Assembly: GCA_013416795.1 (NCBI GenBank)
Contig: RQSC01000958.1
Location: 1-64,000, forward strand
Reading direction: 5' to 3'
Length of the DNA stretch: 64,000 nt
DNA from: Prasinococcaceae sp. CCMP 1430
Taxonomy: Eukaryota > Plantae > Prasinodermophyta
The notes beneath the pieces were generated by a model that saw only the letters and a program-made list of their open reading frames with translations, did not search any database and had not been told where the DNA came from. Shown one piece after another: positions 56,573 through 64,000 of the stretch (the first letter of the stretch is position 1; each line of letters opens with the position of its first letter). The translations under genes were made by a program, and so were the position numbers.

Positions 56573-57897
56573 TCACAGCGCGGCGAGCCTCTCCTCGGCG
56601 GCGGCGGCGACGCGCGCGAGGTCCGCGACGAGGTCGGCGTCGGCGCCGGCAAGCGACGCCAGCGTCCTGCGTTGCAAAGAATTCCATGAGCCGCTCCTTT
56701 TGGGCCTGCCATCGCCGCCCCACCCTTCGCGCCGCCCTCTTCCACGGCCGCGAGGGCTTCCGCCGCTAGCAGCCCACGCTCCGCCAGGTCCATTTTCTCG
56801 CCGCAGGGCGCGCCCTCCAACACGGCTGCGACAGCGTCCATGGTGGCGGCGCGCGCTTGGGCGTCCACGGTGGAGCGGAACGCACGCGGCGACACGAATC
56901 GAGCCGTGTCGGTGAGGAGCACCAGCGCCTTGGAGGACACCTTCTCGCTGCCGCCGTGACGCAGCGAGGCCGCAAGCGTATCGACCATGCCAGCGGCGAG
57001 CAGGCTCGCGAGTGCCACCTCGTTTTCCCGGGCGCACGCTCCCAGCGCGTAGAGCGCCTTGGCGCGCGCCGCGCCGCCCTCATCGACGCCCCGCATCGAC
57101 CCCGCCACAACATCGAGGCACGCGCCGAGCGCAGCCGGGTGCCTGTCGAGCAGCGCCTCCTGAAACTTGGCGTTGTTTGAACACGCAGTGCCGAGTGCCC
57201 ACGCCGCTGCAGCGAGCACGCGCGGGTCAGCGTCCTCACCAGCGGAGACACCATCCACGAGGACGTCCTGCAACACAGCCACGCCACCGAGGCCCTCGAG
57301 GTCGTTGGCATTGTCGATGGGTTCCACCAGGTACTGCAGCGCGGCGAGCGCGGCGAGCTGCTCGTCGACACTCGCTCGTTTGCTGCCAGTACTGCGCAAC
57401 ACATCGACCGCCTCGCCAATGAGTTCGGCGTCGGGCTTCACGGCCGACGCCTCGAGCATCGCAGCCACGTCCGCGCGCTGCTCCTCCATCGTCTTGCGGT
57501 GTGCGTAGCCCGCACCGGCGGCGTCCGCAGCGTCTGCCAGCTCAGCTGCTTGTGCGAGCGCGTCCGCATCGCTCGCATTGAGCGCCCAGTGCAAGAGCTC
57601 AGTCTCGGTGCGAAATCCGTCGCGCTGCGCCTCGCCCACCCCCCCTCCGGCACGCTCGTACTCTTCCGCTTCGGCGAGCACCTCGGCGGCCATACGCGCG
57701 GCAGCTGAGCCGCCAGTCGCGTACTCGGCCGCGGCTGGTGGGGCTGCCATCACCCTCTCTGCTTGCTCTACGCCCGCACCAACTTGCCCACCTCCGCGTC
57801 CCACCGCGAGCGCCACCAGCACGGCGAGCGCGGCCGCAGCCGCGGCCGCCGCCAGCGCTGCGGCCGGCCGGCCGCTCCCCTTGCCGCCCCTCGCCGG
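56573..57897 (-). CDS. SIL1/Fes1/HspBP1-like Hsp70 nucleotide exchange factor (own start codon not found; 3' frame uncertain)
   Basis: Signal-anchor-like Ala/Leu stretch, [52 protein letters not shown]. Confidence 0.8.
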
Positions 57898-58114
57898 GTC
57901 GATGTCCTTGTCCAAGTCGACCACGTATTTGCCCTCGGGGTGCACCTTCACTAGCACCTTCTTCTTGCCCATGAGCTTGACCACCTCGCCCACGTACGAG
58001 CCGGGCTCCTGCAGCAGCCCGACCTCCTCGCGGAGCATGCGCACCTTGGTGTTCAACTCGTTGCGCTGCGCCTCAAGGCGCTGCAGGTTGTCCATCTTCT
58101 TCTTCTGCAAGATC
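57898..58114 (-). CDS. RPT6: N-terminal fragment of 26S proteasome AAA-ATPase RPT6 (no AAA domain in window)
   Basis: [62 protein letters not shown] is the RPT6/PSMC5 coiled-coil/OB region. Confidence 0.9.
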
Positions 58115-59108
58115 CTGGGCGATGCGCGTCCGTGCGCGGGGGAGGGGATGGGTGAGGCGGCGGGGGGCGCAGAGGGCAAGGCGCGGCGTCAGCAGCTGCG
58201 ACCTGCCCAGGACTCCTGCCGGCGCGCCCGCGCGCACAGGCAAGCGCAGGCGCCCCTGGTGGGAGGCGCCGGCCCGGATGCGCCCCTGCGCGAGTGCGCA
58301 CGGCATGCCTGAGAAGCGGGCTCGCGCAGGCCGCGAGGCGCCGCGCACCGCCCGGCCTCCAGCGAGCGCAGCGCGCACGTCCGCACCGGGACGGGCCCGC
58401 GTGCGCGCGCGCGCGCGCGAAAACAGATCCTCGCGTGGTCGCACGCGCCCGGTGCGCAGGACGCCGCGCTGCATGCCTCGCGCCTCGTGCGAAGCACCGG
58501 CCTGTGCACAGCGCGCGTCACTTGCCCGATCGCCCCCGTGGCAACGGGGATGCCGCAGCGCGCCACCTCGCCACACCACCCCCGCCACCGGGGCCACAGC
58601 GCCCGCGGCGCCCGCCCGCCCCGCCCCGCCCGCGCCATCCCGCGNNNNNNNNNNNNNNNNNNNNNNNNNNNNNNNNNNNNNNNNNNNNNNNNNNNNNNNN
58701 NNNNNNNNNNNNNNNNNNNNNNNNNNNNNNNNNNNNNNNNNNNNNNNNNNNNNNNNNNNNNNNNNNNNNNNNNNNNNNNNNNNNNNNNNNNNNNNNNNNN
58801 NNNNNNNNNNNNNNNNNNNNNNNNNNNNNNNNNNNNNNNNNNNNNNNNNNNNNNNNNNNNNNNNNNNNNNNNNNNNNNNNNNNNNNNNNNNNNNNNNNNN
58901 NNNNNNNNNNNNNNNNNNNNNNNNNNNNNNNNNNNNNNNNNNNNNNNNNNNNNNNNNNNNNNNNNNNNNNNNNNNNNNNNNNNNNNNNNNNNNNNNNNNN
59001 NNNNNNNNNNNNNNNNNNNNNNNNNNNNNNNNNNGCCTGCGCTCGCGCCGGCCGCGCGGCGCCCGTCGCGCCGCCGGGCAAGGGTTGCGCGCCGCCCACT
59101 ATTTGAGG

Positions 59109-59121
59109 TTTAGGGTTTAGG
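59109..59121. promoter_or_regulatory. Interstitial telomeric motif / telo-box (TTTAGGGTTTAGG)
   Basis: Plant-type telomere repeat, about two units, in the AT-rich intergenic region between RPT6 and SAL1. Function is inferred. Confidence 0.5.
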
Positions 59122-60850
59122 ATTTTGTTGCTCCCGCCGGGGACCTCCCGAGCGCGGCGCGCTGTACGCACGGGCGCGTGGAAGACCTGTTTCACCCACA
59201 CGTACATACCGGGTCTGACGTGTGTGATACCAGGTCACATGTGCACACCCGGGGAAAGGCGCGCGCGTCTCGCACGTGTGCGCGCTCGCACGTGTGTTCG
59301 CACGTGCGCCCTTTCTGATGCGATTTGGCACCCGCCGCGCGGCCCAAACGACGGAATTATTTCCAACTTTTCAAATGGGGTCAATAGTACGAGAACGTTG
59401 AAAACGCGGTAGCGCCGCGCGAAATAGCGCGTGCGGACCCACGTGGGACCCGTCGGAGCCGCCCCCCGCCAGGGGGGCCGCCGCATTTGGGTATTAAATG
59501 AAAGGGTTTATAAATCTCTCCCAATCGCTCGTGCGATGACGTCGAAGCGGCGCGCGGCGCGGTTCGGGTTGCGGGGGGCGCGCGCGCGCGCGCGGCCCCG
59601 CCCNNNNNNNNNNNNNNNNNNNNNNNNNNNNNNNNNNNNNNNNNNNNNNNNNNNNNNNNNNNNNNNNNNNNNNNNNNNNNNNNNNNNNNNNNNNNNNNNN
59701 NNNNNNNNNNNNNNNNNNNNNNNNNNNNNNNNNNNNNNNNNNNNNNNNNNNNNNNNNNNNNNNNNNNNNNNNNNNNNNNNNNNNNNNNNNNNNNNNNNNN
59801 NNNNNNNNNNNNNNNNNNNNNNNNNNNNNNNNNNNNNNNNNNNNNNNNNNNNNNNNNNNNNNNNNNNNNNNNNNNNNNNNNNNNNNNNNNNCCCCCCCCC
59901 CCCTGGAAACGAAATAAGGGTTTGATAAATAGGGTTTATTTTATCGGAATTCGAAAGCGGGTTGATGGGAATGTTTGGCAGGTCACACCCTCTCTTGGTT
60001 TGGGGTTGGTACCCAGGTACATGTACTGTCGATGCAATCAAGAAACGTTCGAGCCTGTGATCCGTTTCAGGCTCGAACGCGCGCGCGCGCGCGCGCCGGG
60101 GAACGCGCCCTTCGGTGCGGGGCCGCGGGGCGGGTGCAGCGGGCAACACGCGTCCGAGCCTGATGAAACGGATCGCGCGGCACTCACGCCCCAGCAAGCA
60201 ACAAGGGGGAACTCCGAGCGGCGCGGGACGGCAGGTGCTCGGTGTTCGAGAGCCTCGGGGGAGGGGGGGTGACGGGGCGGAAGTGGCCTAAAGTCGGGGT
60301 GGGAGATGAAGGGGGGGGGGGGGAGGAGCGATGCTGATCCAAGGGTCACACTTCCACCTCCATCTCCTCCGCGTCCGCCTCCTCCCCCGCCCTGCGTGCC
60401 CGACGTCACTCGTGAAGGACCGCGCTCAAGGCGCCGGGCTGGCACGTCGGCAGGCCTGCATGATTCGTCACCCGTCAACATCTTGCGGAGCAACAGACGA
60501 AGATGTCGAGTCGCTCGAGGACTGCATGGACGAGCTGCCGCCGGAGTACTCGGATCTGCTCGTGTGCCGCACAATTGGGTGCGCCCGTGCCGCCGGGCTG
60601 GCGCGCCCCGCATGCACGCGCGTGCCCACTTGGACGCCCGCGTGCGCTTGCGCGCGCCGGTTGCGGTGGCTGTGGCGGTGGCACGGGCGAGGCCGCCGCC
60701 GGGGGCGCCTGCCCGTACCACGCTGCGTGCGCTGTGCTCCTCGGTCGCGTGAGTAGTCAGGCTGACGCGCGGCGTGCTCCTCCGCCCCCCACCTTCCGCA
60801 CGCGCACTCGCACGCACACGTCACACGCGCGCGCTTTCGCCGATCACCAG

Positions 60851-61811
60851 CTACATTCTGCAGGAGGCGTTCCCGGACACCAAGCTCAGCCTCATTGGTG
60901 AGGAGGACTCGGCGGACCTGGCCAACCAGCCGGAGACGCTCGCGGCCGTCGTGACGACGGTGAACGAGGCGTTGAATTCGCCGAGCGCGCGCGTGGGCCC
61001 GCTGGAGCACATCGGCGGTGTCACCCTGACCCCCCAGCAGGTGTGCGACGCCATCGATGCCGGGGGCTCGCTCGGCGGCAAGAAGGGCCGCCACTGGATA
61101 CTCGACCCGGTGGACGGCACGTACGGCTTCGTGCAGGGCGACCAGTACGCCGTGGCGCTGGCGATGATCGACGACGGCGAGCTGGTGGTCGGCGCGCTGG
61201 GCTGCCCAAACCTGCCCACGCGGACAGAGTTTCTCGCGTACGCGCATCGGTACCACCGCCTGCTCAAGCGGCTGTTCCCGCCTCCGGACGACTCGCTGTG
61301 GGACAAGGGGTGCATGTTCCTCGCGCAGCGCGGCTGCGGATGCACCGTGGAGCCGGTGGGCGACTCCGAGGTGGTGGCGCAGCGCATCGCGCCGGTACCC
61401 GTCAACATGACCAAGCGCGAGCCGGAGAACGCCACCTTCTGTGAGCCGGTGCGCAAGGGCGTCTCAAACCAGGGGCGCAACGCGACCATCGCCGACCTCA
61501 TGGGCGTGCGCCAAAAGCCGCTGCGGCTGTACTCGCAGGTGAAGTACGGCGCCCTCGCGCGCGGCGACGCGGACATCTTCATGAAGTTCCCCAAGTCGAC
61601 GTACAAGGAGAAGGTGTGGGACCACGCCGCGGGCGTGATCGTCGTGGAGGAGGCCGGCGGCAAGTGCTCGGACGCCGGCGGCAAGAAGCTGGACTTCTCC
61701 GAGGGGCGATTTATGGAGAGCTGCGACCGGGGCATCGTGGCCGCGTCCGAGACGCTGCACAGCGGCCTCATCCGCGCCGTGGAGATGTCGTTCGACTCCG
61801 CCATGCTCTAG
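60851..61811 (+). CDS. 3'(2'),5'-bisphosphate nucleotidase (SAL1/HAL2/AHL family); N-terminal segment not found
   Basis: GEEDSADL, HWILDPVDGTYGFVQGDQYAVALA, LGCPNLP, SQVKYGALARGDA, EKVWDHAAG..VVEEAGG..SDAGG..LDFS.GR. Confidence 0.92.
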
Positions 61812-62311
61812 GCACTGTTGCGGCCGAGAACTACTTCGAGCCGGCCACTCCGCGTGCCACACTTCCCGGCACAGACAGCGAAGCTTCCTTGCTCCCGCAT
61901 TTTTTCCCCCGTTGGTGTGCGTGTGCAGCTCCCGATCGCTGGGGCGCGCGCGCGCGCGCGCGCGCGCACGCACACAGGACAAGGCACACCTCCCCTCCCC
62001 TCCCGAAGGGCGTCAGCGCCATGGATTTACCCGCAACAAAAGTTCGCGTCGGCCGCCCTCCGCGGCGGACCGGTGGACGAGACAAAACCCAGCAGGCCTC
62101 CGCGTGGCTAGACGGCTGAGACGGTAACTGTCGTAATATCTGCAATGTCGTCGCCGCGTCCCCACCCACCGCCCCCTTCCGCGCCCTGCCCAGCGCCTCA
62201 CCTAGGCTATCCCGCCTGCTGCGAAAACAATGTGTACGTGTTACAAGACGGCCGCGGGGCTCGATCGAGGATCGGCCCAGTCCGCCGCGAATCGACGCTG
62301 CCGCCGCGCGG

Positions 62312-63034
62312 TCATCGCGCGCTTATCGCCCGCTGCCACGCGTCGTACAGGACGTTCACCGGCGGGTTGTCGACCAAGATGCCCCTGTGGCCCTCGAACT
62401 TGGGGCCGAGCAGCCATGCCGCGGTGGCGCCGCCCACGAAGCCGCCGGCGTGCCCCCAGTTGTCGATCTGCGGACTCGTGAGGCCAAGGAGGGCGTTGAT
62501 GAGCACCATGAACGACATCGATTGAATCATTGCATCCACCCTGCGCTTGCCCAGCAGGCGCTCGTTGCGCTTCAGATAGCACATCTGCGCGCCCACGAGC
62601 CCGAAGATGGCGCCGCTTGCGCCCACCGCCGGCGCAACGCTGCCGAAGTAGCTCGCGACGTTCCCCGCGATCGCGCCCGCCGCATACACCTGCAGGTACC
62701 GCTCCCTACCGAAGGCGACCTCGACGCCTCGACCGACGTTGTGCAGCGAGTACATGTTCACGAGCAGGTGCACGATGCCCGCGTGGCAGAAGGCGGGCGT
62801 CATGAAGCGCCACCACTGACCGGCCGCGATCGCCGAGTTCACCTTCGCCAGCTTGTCCACGATGGCCCCGCGCGTCAACAGCTGGAAGGCGAAGACGGTG
62901 AGGTTCGAGGTGATGAGCCAGTCCGTGACGGGCGTGTTCCTGCGCGACCGCGGGTCGAGCGACCGCGGGTCGCGGCCAAAGAGCGCGACGTCGGGCAGCG
63001 CCGCGCCCGCTTTTCCGGCGCCCGTCGTGGGCAT
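62312..63034 (-). CDS. Rhomboid intramembrane serine protease (start uncertain)
   Basis: GQWWRFMTPAFCHAGIVHLLVNM, VGASGAIFGL (catalytic Ser) and IDNWGHAGG (catalytic His). Confidence 0.92.
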   Translation of the reverse strand: MPTTGAGKAGAALPDVALFGRDPRSLDPRSRRNTPVTDWLITSNLTVFAFQLLTRGAIVDKLAKVNSAIAAGQWWRFMTPAFCHAGIVHLLVNMYSLHNVGRGVEVAFGRERYLQVYAAGAIAGNVASYFGSVAPAVGASGAIFGLVGAQMCYLKRNERLLGKRRVDAMIQSMSFMVLINALLGLTSPQIDNWGHAGGFVGGATAAWLLGPKFEGHRGILVDNPPVNVLYDAWQRAISAR

Positions 63035-64000
63035 CACCGCGCCCGCGGCGAGCGCGCCCGCGCCCGACTCCCGCCCCGCGCGCGCGTGCGCGCGCGGGCG
63101 TGCGTGCGTGGGCCCCCCTCCCTCACCCCCCTCCCTCACTCCGGCGCACCCGGCAGCCGCCTCATCCGTTCGCGCCCGCGCCCGCGACCACGCACACAAA
63201 CCGCGGAATCACACCAATTTCAATTTCCATTTCCGTCGCACGGCCGCACCACGCGTTAAGAACTATGTACATCCGCTGCAACGCGATTTGATAAAAAACT
63301 GAAAAGTTGTGAGTCCACCGCAAAGCGGAACACCGACCCCTGCTCGTCAGGGTTGGACCTGCGATCGACGCCCCGAAGTGCGCTTCATTAAGGGTAGGGT
63401 TTACTTTAATCGCGGTTTCACCGGTTTGGCTCATACGGCTCCACCAATAGTCTAAACACACACACACACACCCACACGCCACAAAAAGCGCGGGAAACGC
63501 TCCCATCGGAACGCCCCGGGGTTTTTCCCCTTCGCTTTGACCTTTTTCCAACCCGCCCCCAAAAGATGTACAAAGGCACCCGCAAAAACCCAGAAGAAGG
63601 AACAACGAACGACGCCGGCTCGCTGGGATTCGGCGGAGATTGTTCTTTTCGGAACGCCGCGACCGAGCGCACATCGATGACGTAACGGTAATGAAGGTCA
63701 GTATGCCACACGGGAGATTCCGTTTTCACCATCAAAATGCATCCATCGACGGCGTCCGCACAGTACACACGCCGGGATCCGCAAAAGATCGCCCGGGCCC
63801 GCCCGCGCGCAACACCAACCGCAACCGAAGCCGGGGCGAGGCGCCGTCGCGGCGCGCCGCGCCGGCGCGCGTCGCGGCGAGTACGCGCGAAACAGATACG
63901 TGCATTTGTACCGTCATTTCGCGGATTCACATCTGAAATATCGCGTCTTACGTGAAGTGTGTGACCTTTTCCGTCGCGCGCGCGCGCGCCGGGACCGCCG

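Noticed and set aside
51165-58114. Functional proteostasis gene cluster (J-protein, SIL1-like, RPT6)
   Set aside because: The products likely act in different compartments, and adjacency among housekeeping genes in a compact genome is not evidence of a cluster.
59109-59121. Chromosome end or telomere array
   Set aside because: Only about two repeat units, with genes continuing on both sides. The adjacent N gaps cannot be inspected.
1140-59925. ORFs extended through N runs
   Set aside because: Their continuity depends on unknown bases, so only the flanking recognisable parts were used.
60455-60490. DSSPVN as the missing SAL1 K.D.SPVT.AD motif
   Set aside because: It lacks the following AD and Q residues, and I could not splice it in frame to the 60851 exon.
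1-64000. Transposase, reverse transcriptase, viral genes, tRNA or rRNA
   Set aside because: No recognisable motifs were seen. This is a by-eye negative only; tRNAscan, Rfam and repeat-library searches were not run.

Overview
Gene-dense, intron-containing nuclear DNA of a very GC-rich (roughly 70% by eye) green-lineage microalga of prasinophyte grade. This is inferred from nuclear rbcS with a transit peptide and an MQ|xW intron, HHL1, HDC1/RXT3, RabF2, SAS6-like, and short spliceosomal introns with CTGAC/CTAAC branch points. About 35 protein-coding loci are supported, mostly housekeeping. It is a gapped draft assembly (N runs at 1571-1652, 2803-3128, 40927, 58645-59034, 59604-59891). No rRNA, tRNA, CRISPR array or transposase was recognised. 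Most long ORFs in the supplied track are antisense or alternate-frame artefacts of high GC. The most notable observations are: two rbcS copies with a near-identical core but unrelated N-termini flanking a Lin0512-family gene; a Cys-less pentameric ligand-gated channel with a polar M2 helix; an LSm10 (U7 snRNP)-like gene that seems to need a GC-AG intron; an in-frame RPT6/SIL1-like chimera; several conserved genes lacking terminal exons where there is no gap (misassembly, or something like trans-splicing); and two recurrent intergenic motifs (GTTTTGAT and the telo-box AAACCCT). All family assignments are from motif recognition, not database searches.
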